NCBI GenBank assembly: GCA_036505015.1
Contig: DASXUC010000053.1
Location: 38,232 to 102,231 of the forward strand
Origin: a bacterium
Lineage (GTDB): Bacteria; Sysuimicrobiota; Sysuimicrobiia; Sysuimicrobiales; Kaftiobacteriaceae
DNA length: 64,000 bases
Reading direction: 5' to 3'
Shown here piece after piece: positions 9,829-19,140 of this stretch. Positions within the stretch are counted from its first letter, which is position 1, and each line of letters opens with the position of its first letter. A model generated the notes under the pieces. The model did not search any database. It worked only from the letters and a program-made list of their open reading frames with translations, and was not told the origin of the DNA. The position numbers and the translations under genes were made by a program.

Positions 9829-10032
9829 ATGCATCAGCACCCGCCCGGGCCGCCACCGCCCGGTCCCCCGGTTCCGCCCGGTCCCCCGGGTCCGCCACCG
9901 ATGCCACCAGAACCGCCGATCCCGCCGGGTCCGCCCGAACCGCGCCCCCAGCCCCGTACGAACCCGAGTCCTCAATTGTACGATTCGCGGCAGATTTCTC
10001 TCGGGTTCGTCCGGGGCCAGGACACGGGTTAG
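9829..10032 (+). CDS. Proline-rich 67-aa protein (PPGP repeats), unknown function
   Basis: ATG preceded by GGAGGAGG at 9813-9820. Product is MHQHPPGPPPPGPPVPPGPPGPPPMPPEPPIPPGPPEPRPQPRT... Low complexity, so the coding status is uncertain. Confidence 0.4.
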   Translation: MHQHPPGPPPPGPPVPPGPPGPPPMPPEPPIPPGPPEPRPQPRTNPSPQLYDSRQISLGFVRGQDTG

Positions 10033-11225
10033 CGGATCGTCAGGCGCTCGAGGTCCCGCGGGTACGAGGTCAGCGGTTCTGCGCCGGACTCGGTCACGAC
10101 GACGGTGTCTGAGTGGCGGAAGCCGCCCAGGCCCGGCACGTAGATTCCCGGTTCGATGCTGAAGACCATTCCGGGCTGAATCTCGGTCGGATCGCCGCTG
10201 TCCAAATACGGCGCCTGATGGTTGGGGACGCCCAGACCGATGGAATGGCCGGTGTGATGCCGCCAGTACGGCGTCAGATTCCGGTCTGCGAAGTATTTCC
10301 GGACCACCCGGTCGACATCGGCACACCGCCGGCCCGGCCGCAGCGCGTCGAGGGCCACCTGCTGCATCTCCAGCATCAACGAGAAGAACGCTGCCGCCTC
10401 GGCGGAGACCGGCGCGACGATCATCGTCCGCTCCAGCTCGCTGTAGTAGCCCGCCATCCCGGCCGTGGCGCCGCTGACCAGCACATCTCCGGGCTGAATC
10501 TGTGCGTTCGTGATCATCGCGTGCGCCAGGGCGGAGTGCGGTCCGATCTGGCCCCGGTACCCGGCGTGCGCGCCGGCCGACATCCAGCCGTAAGGCCGAT
10601 AGGCGTCCCCGAGCTCGGCCAACATCTGCGCGCTTGCCTCGCGGGACGCCTGTTCGGAGATGTCGATCTCCTTCACCCCCGGGCGCGTGTAGCGCTGCAG
10701 GAGTTCGTGTGCGCGATGACCCCAGCGGGCGCTCTCACGGAACAGCGCAAGCTCTTGCGCCGACTTGACGGCCATCATCGCGTCGATGCCGGGACCGATC
10801 TTCCGCACGTCCGCCTGCGGCAGCAGGGTGCTGAGGGCGGGCCCACGGTATCCACACCCGCCGCTGTAGCCGTCGTCGTCGACGGCGAGGATACCCAAGG
10901 CCACGCCGGCCGCGGTGAGGTGATCGGCCAGCAGGTGCATCGGATGTCGGTCGCCCGGATACTCCGGATAGGCGATCACGGCGTCGGCGTCCGCGAGCGC
11001 CGCCGCGTGTTCCTGCTCCAACCGGGGAACGAACAAGGTTGTCGGGCCATCGGCGGTGACGATCAGTGCGAGCGGCCGCTCCGTGGGGATGAACGCAAAC
11101 CCCGTAAAGTACAGTACGGAGAGAGGAGAGAACAGGCAGGCGCCTGCGGCCCGTTCGCGGGCCACCAGCGCCCGCAGCCGATCGCGGCGCGCGGCCAGTT
11201 CGGATCCAGACGGCGCGAGGATCAT
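10029..11225 (-). CDS. M24 family Xaa-Pro peptidase/creatinase-like
   Basis: HHTGHSIGLGVPNHQAPY and SIEPGIYVPGLGGFRHSD metal-ligand motifs, plus a creatinase-like N-terminal domain. Confidence 0.85.
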   Translation of the reverse strand: MILAPSGSELAARRDRLRALVARERAAGACLFSPLSVLYFTGFAFIPTERPLALIVTADGPTTLFVPRLEQEHAAALADADAVIAYPEYPGDRHPMHLLADHLTAAGVALGILAVDDDGYSGGCGYRGPALSTLLPQADVRKIGPGIDAMMAVKSAQELALFRESARWGHRAHELLQRYTRPGVKEIDISEQASREASAQMLAELGDAYRPYGWMSAGAHAGYRGQIGPHSALAHAMITNAQIQPGDVLVSGATAGMAGYYSELERTMIVAPVSAEAAAFFSLMLEMQQVALDALRPGRRCADVDRVVRKYFADRNLTPYWRHHTGHSIGLGVPNHQAPYLDSGDPTEIQPGMVFSIEPGIYVPGLGGFRHSDTVVVTESGAEPLTSYPRDLERLTIR

Positions 11226-12160
11226 CGTTCGGCAGAGGCCATGTTGCCGATCATGTAGCCATAGATGCCCGGCTCGACGACGTTGGCCGTGCGCTGGGTG
11301 AGCACCATGATGCCGCGATCGAACGGGCAGCGCACCACTTCGAGTTCGTCGAAGGAATAGGGGCTGACGATCCGCCCCAAGACCTGGCCGCCGGTGACTT
11401 CGATCCCCAGGTCGGTGACCTCCGGCAGCAGCAGACCTCCGTGGTGCGGGCGGAGGATGGCGATCTCGGTGAGCACGATCTGCGGCGGTGGCGCCGCCGG
11501 CTCTCCCGGCAGCACGTGCAGCGTCTGCAGGACGTTGGCCAGCCCCTGGATGCCGCGCCGCACATAGGCCGTTTGATCGATGTCGCCCCCGCCCAGTTCG
11601 ACCACCACGGAAGGAACGTTCAGGCCCCGCGTGACACTGATCGACGTCCCGGCCAGGCTCTCCCTGGCACGGTAGAGCAGCGGCGAGCCGAAGGCGCGCG
11701 AGAGTGTCTCGGCGTTAAGGATGTAAACGTAATCCACGGTGGGATAGGCACCGCCCGCGTGCAGGTCGATGTAGTACTCGATCTTCTTCAGGAAGTGCTC
11801 GACCATGTGGTGGGCCAGTTGTTCGGTGAGCAGACCGTCGGCGCTGCCGGGAAAGACGCGGTTCAAGTTGACCATGTCGATCGGTGTGGCGCGGGTGATG
11901 GCGGCGTAGGAGAAGGGATTGGCCACCGGCAGGACCAGCAGCGTGCCCGCGAGTCCGCTCAGATCATACTCGTGGAGGAAGCGGTAGACGATTTCGACCC
12001 CCACCGATTCCTCCCCGTGAATGCCCGCGGAGATGCCGACCGTGGGTCCCGGCCTGTCTCCGACGATTTCGTGCAGGGGCAGCAGCAATTCGGTACCGCT
12101 GGCCAACTGTGAGACGTGGATCGGGCGGTACGTGCGCGTGGGCATCGTCAGCCTCCTCAT
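11222..12160 (-). CDS. Succinylglutamate desuccinylase/aspartoacylase (AstE/AspA, M14-like) family deacylase
   Basis: SAGIHGEESVG and YIDLHAGG motifs. Overlaps both neighbours by 4 nt. Confidence 0.75.
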   Translation of the reverse strand: MRRLTMPTRTYRPIHVSQLASGTELLLPLHEIVGDRPGPTVGISAGIHGEESVGVEIVYRFLHEYDLSGLAGTLLVLPVANPFSYAAITRATPIDMVNLNRVFPGSADGLLTEQLAHHMVEHFLKKIEYYIDLHAGGAYPTVDYVYILNAETLSRAFGSPLLYRARESLAGTSISVTRGLNVPSVVVELGGGDIDQTAYVRRGIQGLANVLQTLHVLPGEPAAPPPQIVLTEIAILRPHHGGLLLPEVTDLGIEVTGGQVLGRIVSPYSFDELEVVRCPFDRGIMVLTQRTANVVEPGIYGYMIGNMASAER

Positions 12161-13035
12161 TGTGGGCGGAACTTGGGATCGAGCATGTCCCGGATACCAT
12201 CACCCAGCAGGTTGAAACCCAGCACGGTCAGCATGATGGCCAGACCGGAGAACGTGGCGAGGTGGGGCGCATCGCGCAGGTAGCGCGTCCCGAAGGCCAG
12301 CGTCCAGCCCCACGACGGCGCGGGGGGTTGAACGCCCATCCCCAGAAACGAGAGCGTCGATTCCGCCACCACCGCCGCCCCCATCCCCAGCGTGGCCAGG
12401 ATGATCACCGGCGAGATCACATTCGGCAGTATGTAGCGGACCAGGATGCGCCCGCTGCCGGCACCGACCGCGCGGGCCGCCTCGACGTAGGCCTTTTCGC
12501 GCTCGGCCAGCGTGGCCGAACGCACCACGCGGGCGTACTGTGTCCAGAACACCAGCGTCAGCGCGATGATCACGCTCGTGATCCCGGCGCCCATCACCGC
12601 CACGAGGGCGAGCGCCAGCAAGATGGCCGGGAACGCCAGGAAGATGTCCACGGCGCGCATCACCCCGGTTTCCGTCCAGCCCCCGTAGTATCCGGCCAAC
12701 AGTCCCAAGGTGACGCCGATGCATGCCGCTCCGCCGACGGAGATGACGGCCACGAGGAGCGAGATCCTGGCGCCATGGACCAACCGGGCCAGCAGGTCCC
12801 GTCCGATGTTATCCGTGCCCAGGGGATGCGCCCGCGACGGCGGCGTCAGCCGCGCCATGATGTCGACCTCGTCGGGGTTGGCGCGCGTGAAGACGACCGG
12901 GGCGACCGCCGCCAACAGGATCACCGCCAACACCGCGCCGCCGATCCTCGCGGAAGGGGTCAGCCGGCGGCGGCGCCGCGCCGGTCCGGTCTGGGACGCG
13001 GGTGCGCCGCTACTCATATCGGATCCGCGGATCAA
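12157..13035 (-). CDS. Peptide ABC transporter permease (DppC/OppC-like)
   Basis: Polytopic protein with an EAA-type loop (YVEAARAVGAGSGRILVRYILPNV). The start may be the internal ATG at 13017. Confidence 0.85.
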   Translation of the reverse strand: MIRGSDMSSGAPASQTGPARRRRRLTPSARIGGAVLAVILLAAVAPVVFTRANPDEVDIMARLTPPSRAHPLGTDNIGRDLLARLVHGARISLLVAVISVGGAACIGVTLGLLAGYYGGWTETGVMRAVDIFLAFPAILLALALVAVMGAGITSVIIALTLVFWTQYARVVRSATLAEREKAYVEAARAVGAGSGRILVRYILPNVISPVIILATLGMGAAVVAESTLSFLGMGVQPPAPSWGWTLAFGTRYLRDAPHLATFSGLAIMLTVLGFNLLGDGIRDMLDPKFRPQ

Positions 13036-13981
13036 CGAACGCGTAGGTGAGATCCACGACCAGGTTGACCAGGGAGAACAATACTGCCAGCACGAGCACC
13101 GCCCCCTGCACCACCGGAAAGTCCCGCTGGCCGATCGCCTGTACGACCAGCCGTCCCATTCCGGGCCACCCGTAGATCGTTTCCGTGACCACCGCGCCGC
13201 CGAGGGCGTTTCCGAACTGCAGCCCGATGATCGTGACGATCGGCAGCAGGGCGTTGCGCAGCGCGTGTCGGTACAGCACTACGCGCTCCTGCTGTCCTTT
13301 CGCCCGCGCCGTGCGCACGTAGTCTTCCTCCAAGACTTCCAGCACCGCCCACCGCGTCAGCCGGGAGAGCAGCGCCAGATTGAAGAACGCCAGGGTAAAC
13401 GCCGGCAGCAGCAGGTGCAGCAGGCTGTCCGTGATCGTCGACTGGTTTCCCGATACGACCGCACTCAGCAGCGGCGCCCCGCGGCCGAATGACGGCAGCC
13501 AGTCGAGTTTGACCGCAAACAGCAAGATCAGCAGCACCCCGAGCCAGAACACCGGCATCGAGACGCCCAACTGCGCGACGACCATGGTGCCGGTGTCCAT
13601 CCACCCGCCGCGCCGCCGCGCGGCCAGCAGGCCCAGCGGGATCCCCAGCCCGATTGCCAGCAGGAGTGAGACGGTGGCCAGTTCAAGGGTCGCCGGCAGC
13701 GTGGAGGCGATCAGCCGCAGCACGGACGTATGCAGCGTAATGGACTGCCCGAAATCGCCATGGAGGGCCCGCCAGAGATACAGGCCGAGCTGGACGACCA
13801 CCGGTCGATCCAGCCCGAGCAGGTGCCGGAACCGCTCCAGTTCCGGACCCGTCACGTTCTGTCCGAGCAGCGCCACGGCGGGATCGCCGGGGATGAACAG
13901 CAGCAAGGCAAACGCGATGACAGCCGCGCCGAAGACGACGGGGATCAGGAGCAGCAGCCGCCGGACCGTGTAGCGGAGCAT
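13010..13981 (-). CDS. Peptide ABC transporter permease (DppB/OppB-like)
   Basis: N-terminus MLRYTVRRLLLLIPVVFGAAVIAF and EAA loop YVRTARAKGQQERVVLYRHALRNAL. Confidence 0.85.
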   Translation of the reverse strand: MLRYTVRRLLLLIPVVFGAAVIAFALLLFIPGDPAVALLGQNVTGPELERFRHLLGLDRPVVVQLGLYLWRALHGDFGQSITLHTSVLRLIASTLPATLELATVSLLLAIGLGIPLGLLAARRRGGWMDTGTMVVAQLGVSMPVFWLGVLLILLFAVKLDWLPSFGRGAPLLSAVVSGNQSTITDSLLHLLLPAFTLAFFNLALLSRLTRWAVLEVLEEDYVRTARAKGQQERVVLYRHALRNALLPIVTIIGLQFGNALGGAVVTETIYGWPGMGRLVVQAIGQRDFPVVQGAVLVLAVLFSLVNLVVDLTYAFVDPRIRYE

Positions 13982-14029
13982 GTTACCGCAGAGGGGCCGG
14001 CAGGCGGCCCCCCTGCGGATGGATGGAGG

Positions 14030-15565
14030 CTACGGGACGCTGGTGACCCAGAGCGACCGGAAATACCCGCCCGGATTCGGGACGAACCCCGCGACCCGCT
14101 TGTTGATGCCCACGATGTAGCCCTGGTAGGTGAGCACGTAGTACGGCAGATCGGACGCGATGATCCGTGCGATCTCCCGGTAGATGCGCGCGCGCTCATT
14201 GGGGTCGGACTTCTGCCGTCCTTCTTCCAACAGCGCGTCGACGCGCGGGTTGTTGTACTTTTCCCAGTTGCTGCTGCCCTTGGTGTTGAACTGGTTGTAC
14301 ATCCCGCGGTCGGGATCGACCAGTCCCAGCCAGCCGACCAGCGTGACCTGGTAGTTCCCGGCCAGCAGCGCCTGCAGCAGCGCCGGGAACTCCGTGATCT
14401 CCGCCCGCGCCTCGATGCCGTAGGACCGGAAGATGCTCACCAGCAGTTCCACGACCTGCACGCGGTTGGGATCCTCGCTGTGCGTGCGGATCACGATGGA
14501 GAGGTTGCGGCCGCCCTGGTCGAGGATGCGATCGTTGTTCGTGTCCCGCCATCCCGCTTCCGCCAGCAGCGCCCTGGCCCGCGCGACGTCGTAGCCGGGC
14601 TGCGTCACCTCATCGGTGTAGATGCCCGCCCAGGCCGGGATCAGCATCGAGTTTGCCGGCTTGTCCATGGACTGGTAGATCTGCCGCACGATCGTCTGCT
14701 GCGGGATCAACGCGGCGAGGGCCCGGCGGACCCGGACGTCCCTGATGACGGGATCGGCCTGGTTCATGTTCAGGTAGGTGATCCCCAAGCCGGTCATCTC
14801 GGTCACGTTCAGTCGGGAGTTGTTCTTCATCCGGGCCACGTCCTGCGGCGACAGCGGCGAATGGATCAGGTCGACATCGCCGGACTCCAACGCCGCGGCG
14901 CGGGTGGTGTTGTCGGGGATGATGTTGAAGATGACCTGGCTGAGTTTCGGCGCGCCCCGGAAGTAGTTCGGGTTGGCTTCCAGGACGATCCGGCTGTTGC
15001 GCTGCCACGACACGAACTTGAACGCGCCCGTCCCCATGGGACGGCTGGAGTAGTCGGCGCCGAGCTGTTCGGCGGCGCGCTTGGAGACGATGCCCATGTC
15101 CAGGTACTTCAGCAGTGGTGCGTAGGGGGCGCTGAGCGTGAACCGCACGGTCAGGTTGTCGACCGCTTCGATCTTGCTGATCGGGATGTACAGCCCGCGC
15201 AAGGGTGCCCGGAACGCCGGATTGAGGATCGTCTCGAAGGTGTAGACGACGTCCTCGGCCGTCAGCGGGGACCCGTCCTGAAACCGCACGCCGCTCCGGA
15301 GCTTGAACACCCACACGGTGGGAGAAACTTCGGTCCAGGACTCCGCCAGCACCGGCCGGGGTCGCAGCTGCGGATCCAGCTCGATCAATCCATCGTAGAC
15401 CTGCTCGATCACCCGGCGCGCCGTGGTATCGTTGGCCAGCCGCGGATCGAGCGTACCCGCATCGACGTCGATGCCGATGCGCAGCACCCCGCCGGCGGGC
15501 GCGGCCCCGACATGAAATGCCGTGCCCATCACCAGCACAAGCAGCAGCGCGAGAGCGATTCGCAT
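14030..15565 (-). CDS. ABC transporter substrate-binding protein, family 5 (peptide/nickel)
   Basis: Signal peptide, size and family-5 SBP pattern (LDPRLANDTTARRVIEQVYDGLIELD). Confidence 0.85.
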   Translation of the reverse strand: MRIALALLLVLVMGTAFHVGAAPAGGVLRIGIDVDAGTLDPRLANDTTARRVIEQVYDGLIELDPQLRPRPVLAESWTEVSPTVWVFKLRSGVRFQDGSPLTAEDVVYTFETILNPAFRAPLRGLYIPISKIEAVDNLTVRFTLSAPYAPLLKYLDMGIVSKRAAEQLGADYSSRPMGTGAFKFVSWQRNSRIVLEANPNYFRGAPKLSQVIFNIIPDNTTRAAALESGDVDLIHSPLSPQDVARMKNNSRLNVTEMTGLGITYLNMNQADPVIRDVRVRRALAALIPQQTIVRQIYQSMDKPANSMLIPAWAGIYTDEVTQPGYDVARARALLAEAGWRDTNNDRILDQGGRNLSIVIRTHSEDPNRVQVVELLVSIFRSYGIEARAEITEFPALLQALLAGNYQVTLVGWLGLVDPDRGMYNQFNTKGSSNWEKYNNPRVDALLEEGRQKSDPNERARIYREIARIIASDLPYYVLTYQGYIVGINKRVAGFVPNPGGYFRSLWVTSVP

Positions 15566-15649
15566 TCTCTCCTCCTCGGATGGATGTCCTGCGGGCGTGG
15601 TTAACTTCGCGGCTTCGAGGATCGCCCAGCGATTCCTTCCTTTAAGGAC

Positions 15650-15682
15650 CGCCGGTGCCGTCTATGGGCCTGCGCACCGGCG
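15650..15682. other. 9-bp-stem hairpin in the leader of the peptide-uptake operon
   Basis: CGCCGGTGC (15650-15658) pairs with GCACCGGCG (15674-15682). It lies between the SYLF terminator and the SBP start. Function unknown. Confidence 0.3.
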
Positions 15683-15695
15683 TCGGCAATCTATC

Positions 15696-15737
15696 AGAAG
15701 ACAAAGAGGCCAGACCCGGTGATCCGGGTCTGGCCTC
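15696..15737 (-). terminator. Rho-independent terminator of the SYLF gene
   Basis: 14-bp perfect stem GAGGCCAGACCCGG / CCGGGTCTGGCCTC (15706-15737), followed on the minus strand by TTTGTCTTCT. Confidence 0.8.
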
Positions 15738-15743
15738 GGGTGC

Positions 15744-16313
15744 TCAATACTTCGGGTAGATGCGGCTCATCTTCGTGCCTTCGAGGGTCAGGTTGTACAT
15801 CAGACCCCGCTGGCCAACGACGAACGCGACGATCGGCTGGTTCAGCTTTGTCGTGTCGATCGAGGCATTGGCCCCAACGTTGACGACGACGATCGAGCCG
15901 TCGACGCCGACCTGCCAGCCCTGCTTGGCCCGGAAGCCCGCCAGGGCCTTGTCCTGCAGAAACACGATGATCACGTCTTTGCGCTGGATGCCGAACTGCA
16001 GGCCGATCGAGGCGGAGGCGATATTGTAATACGCGACCGTCCGGCCGCCGACGCGCAGGGCGCCTTCGCCATACTCGCCGCCAATGCCCGCTCCGGCCTT
16101 GATCACACCCGCAAAGACGAGTACCGCCTTCGCGGAACTCAGCAGCCGCTGCGCGCCTTTGACCTGCGCGGTGAACCGCGCCAACGCCGTATTCACGGAG
16201 GCGTCAATCTCCGTCTTGGTCTTGGCGTAGGAAACCGCTGGAAGGACCAGCGTGGCCGCCAGCGCCAGGCAGACTACCAAGGTGAGGCTCCTGCCGACGT
16301 TCCGAATTCTCAT
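15744..16313 (-). CDS. SYLF (Ysc84/DUF500) lipid-binding domain protein, secreted
   Basis: Start moved to ATG 16313 (MRIRNVGRSLTLVVCLALAATLVLPAVSYA signal peptide). The body GGEYGEGALRVGG...IGLQFG...VGVDGS is typical of the SYLF domain. Confidence 0.7.
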   Translation of the reverse strand: MRIRNVGRSLTLVVCLALAATLVLPAVSYAKTKTEIDASVNTALARFTAQVKGAQRLLSSAKAVLVFAGVIKAGAGIGGEYGEGALRVGGRTVAYYNIASASIGLQFGIQRKDVIIVFLQDKALAGFRAKQGWQVGVDGSIVVVNVGANASIDTTKLNQPIVAFVVGQRGLMYNLTLEGTKMSRIYPKY

Positions 16314-16563
16314 CGCCGTTGTTCTCCTCTCATCCTGAATCGATCCAGATGTTTTTAACCCGCCCGCATCCTGGCTCCATAGGCGACCGTAATCGTCACT
16401 TAACTTGGCCTCCATGCTACCTTCCACCTTCCGGCGCCCGGCGGGCCGGCAGACATTTCCCTTCGTCGGCTGGACCGGTCAAAGGGTTGTCCGCGTTCCG
16501 GCCCGAAGCCGGGACCTGTCGAGAGGTGGCTTCTCCCATTGACCCCACAGGAGGAGATAGCAT

Positions 16564-17109
16564 ATGCCCAGGCGTGCGGCACCGAAAGCATCGAAGCCCG
16601 TGCAGTCACCGAAACCCGCCCAGCGCGCGGAGCGGGCCGAGCCCTCGGAGCCCGAGATTACCCGCGAGCAGCTTGTTACGCTGCTGAATGAGGATCTGGA
16701 ACGTGAGTACCAGGCGGTGATCGCCTACGTGGTGTACTCGCAGGTGATCAAGGGCGCGCAGTATATGACCATCGCCAAGGAGCTCGAGGTCCACGCCACC
16801 GAAGAACTCGCCCACGCGCTGACGATCTCCCGGCTGGTTGACTATCTCGGCGGCGTGCCGGCGGTGACGCCCAAGGCCGTGAAGATATCCGAGAATACCG
16901 TCGACCTGCTGCGCTTCGACCTCGACAACGAAAACGTGACCATCGAGCACTACCGGCGCCGGGTCCGGCAGTGCCAGGCGCTCGGCCTGGACGCCATGGT
17001 CGAAGACATCCGGGAGATCCTGCGTCAGGAGCAGGACCACCAGATTGCCCTGGCCACCGCGCTGGGCAAAGACGTCACGCAGGTCGCGAAGCCGGCGCAA
17101 CAGGCCTGA
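16564..17109 (+). CDS. Ferritin-like di-iron protein (bacterioferritin/Dps-like) with basic Pro/Lys/Ala-rich N-terminal tail
   Basis: Four-helix ligand pattern E...ExxH...E...ExxH (LEREYQA, EELAHA, NVTIEHY, QEQDHQ). The first ~36 aa are PRRAAPKASKPVQSPKPAQRAERAEP. Confidence 0.7.
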   Translation: MPRRAAPKASKPVQSPKPAQRAERAEPSEPEITREQLVTLLNEDLEREYQAVIAYVVYSQVIKGAQYMTIAKELEVHATEELAHALTISRLVDYLGGVPAVTPKAVKISENTVDLLRFDLDNENVTIEHYRRRVRQCQALGLDAMVEDIREILRQEQDHQIALATALGKDVTQVAKPAQQA

Positions 17110-17115
17110 CAACCC

Positions 17116-18654
17116 GTGAAATACGTTCGGCAGGCAATCTGGGTGTTGGTGTCCATCGCGGCGTGCACCCTGGGTGCGGGCGCCACTTCGCCGGCTCCGG
17201 ATATCCGGGTTGCCGTCAACCGTGCTGGGGTCGTCGTCGCGCAGATCCAGCCGGATGGCTGGATCCGTCATCTCCTTGCACCAGGCGGGCCGCCTGCTGC
17301 TCCCCCGCCGCCTCAGCCAGCGGATCCAGACTTGGAACCAGGGTTTCCGGTCTACACCATGCACCGCGCAGGGCTCAGTCCCGGAGGACCGGCGGTGTTT
17401 ACACTTGTCGGGAATATCGACAGCGATCCACGGCTGGAGATTCTGGCGACCGGCCTCGCGCGCGGACCACTGCATGCCTGGCATTACAACGGGACGCGTG
17501 TGACGGGATGGCCCCGCACGCCTTCGAGTGCCGCGGGCGCCGCCTTTCCGTCTCTGGGGAAGCTCGGCCAGCTTCCCTGGAAGGTCTTCGCCGCCTTTGT
17601 GGGATGCGCCGATCCGGAGTGCAGCAAAGGCGTCCTCATTGGATACGACGGCAGCGGGATAAAACTTCCCGGGTGGCCGAAGCAGACCGCCAACTACGTG
17701 GGCAGTCCAGCTTCGCTTGAACACGTGGCCGGCACCGACCTCGATGAGATCTTCGTCGAGGAAGAAGATTGGAAACTCCACGGCTATGATGCCCTGGGCG
17801 TCCCTCTGCCGGGTTGGCCGATCTGGGGAAGCGGAGGCCAGGTGCGGCATACGCCGGCTATCGGGGATCTGGATGGTGATGGGGACTTCGAGATCGTGAC
17901 CGCCTCGGGGTGGACGACGGGGGGCTTCACCCTGTTTGCATATCATCATACGGGGGCCAAAGTCGCCGGCTTTCCTATCCGGATCACCGCCAACAATGGG
18001 GACACCTGGCCGGTGATCGGTGATGTGGACCGTGACGGCAAGAACGAGGTCGTTGTTATTGTGCAGCTTCGGGACGAACGCATCCGGATCTACTCGGGTT
18101 CCGGTGTCCTGGAGCGCACCATCGTACTCACGGGCAACATCGACTGGGGAACCGCTCCGGCGCTGGCCGACCTCAACGGAGACGGCATCCTGGAAATCAT
18201 CGTACAGGGCGGAGGATGGCTCGATGCCTACTCCGGGAACGGCCAGCACGTTCCGGGATGGCCGGTGGTCTGGTCCAAGACGCACTGGCTGGGGAACTCG
18301 GCGCCGGTCGTCGGGGACGTCGATGGAGATCTCAAACCCGACATCGTGGTCACTACCTTAGAGGGCGGGCAGTCAGAGATCGGCGAACTGCGCGCATACA
18401 GCGCCGCCGGAAAGCTGCTCCCGCATTTTCCCAAGGTATTGCCCATTGGGTTCGGCGGCGTGCCGGCGATCGCTGATATTGACCTCGACGGTCGCAACGA
18501 GATTGTCATCTGCGGAGACTATTGGAGCGGCGTGGAGAACAACTTCGCCAAATGTTGGGCGTACGATCTGCACAAGGCGGCGACGGGTAAACCTCTGTGG
18601 GGACAGTTTGGAGGCGACGCAGCGCACAGCGGCCGGTATCCGGTTCCGAGATGA
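17116..18654 (+). CDS. Secreted FG-GAP/VCBS repeat beta-propeller protein
   Basis: Signal peptide and repeated Ca-binding FG-GAP loops [64 protein letters not shown]. Confidence 0.8.
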   Translation: MKYVRQAIWVLVSIAACTLGAGATSPAPDIRVAVNRAGVVVAQIQPDGWIRHLLAPGGPPAAPPPPQPADPDLEPGFPVYTMHRAGLSPGGPAVFTLVGNIDSDPRLEILATGLARGPLHAWHYNGTRVTGWPRTPSSAAGAAFPSLGKLGQLPWKVFAAFVGCADPECSKGVLIGYDGSGIKLPGWPKQTANYVGSPASLEHVAGTDLDEIFVEEEDWKLHGYDALGVPLPGWPIWGSGGQVRHTPAIGDLDGDGDFEIVTASGWTTGGFTLFAYHHTGAKVAGFPIRITANNGDTWPVIGDVDRDGKNEVVVIVQLRDERIRIYSGSGVLERTIVLTGNIDWGTAPALADLNGDGILEIIVQGGGWLDAYSGNGQHVPGWPVVWSKTHWLGNSAPVVGDVDGDLKPDIVVTTLEGGQSEIGELRAYSAAGKLLPHFPKVLPIGFGGVPAIADIDLDGRNEIVICGDYWSGVENNFAKCWAYDLHKAATGKPLWGQFGGDAAHSGRYPVPR

Positions 18655-18671
18655 CGCAAGGTGAAAAGCAC

Positions 18672-19013
18672 ATGACAACTCTTGCCCAGTCTAAGTGCAC
18701 CGCCTGCCGTGAAGGCGAACCGACCGTGACCGACGCGGAGATGGCCGAACTAATGCCGCAGATCCCTGAGTGGCGGGTCGTGGAGCGCGATGGGATCAAG
18801 CGTCTGGAGCGCACCTTCAAATTGAAGGATTTCGCCGAGGCCCTGAAGTTTACCAATCGCGTCGGCGCACTCGCCGAGGAAGAAGACCATCACCCCGCGC
18901 TGCTCACGGAATGGGGAAAGGTCACCGTGACCTGGTGGACGCACAAGATTCGCGGGTTGCATCGCAACGATTTCATCATGGCCGCAAAGACCGATCGCCT
19001 CTATGGGTCATGA
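18672..19013 (+). CDS. Pterin-4-alpha-carbinolamine dehydratase
   Basis: ATG 18672 inside track ORF 18597..19013. The [29 protein letters not shown]...WTH core is the PCD/DCoH signature. Confidence 0.85.
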   Translation: MTTLAQSKCTACREGEPTVTDAEMAELMPQIPEWRVVERDGIKRLERTFKLKDFAEALKFTNRVGALAEEEDHHPALLTEWGKVTVTWWTHKIRGLHRNDFIMAAKTDRLYGS

Positions 19014-19040
19014 CGGGAATCCCCGCCAGCCCACCGAAAT

Positions 19041-19140
19041 GCGGGACTAGGGGACTCGGGACTAGGGGACTCGAATCCAAGTCGAGTCTGTTGAGCCTTT
19101 CGCCTAGTCCCCTAGTCCCCCCAGTCCCTTAGTCCCGAGG
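19041..19140. repeat. Long imperfect hairpin built of tandem octamers (AGGGGACT-type) and their complements
   Basis: Left arm is GCGGGACT AGGGGACT CGGGACT AGGGGACT CG. Central perfect stem is GACTCGA-atccaag-TCGAGTC. Right arm is CCTAGTCC CCTAGTCC CCCCAGTCC CTTAGTCC CGAG. Confidence 0.8.

Noticed and set aside
13730-15604. 624-aa plus-strand ORF
   Set aside because: It is antisense to the family-5 SBP and permease genes, which carry clear family motifs. Its product is Arg/Gly/Pro/Asp-rich with no motif, a typical shadow ORF of GC-rich DNA.
16606-18285. 559-aa minus-strand ORF
   Set aside because: It is antisense to the ferritin-like and FG-GAP genes. Low-complexity Arg/Gly/Pro composition and no RBS.
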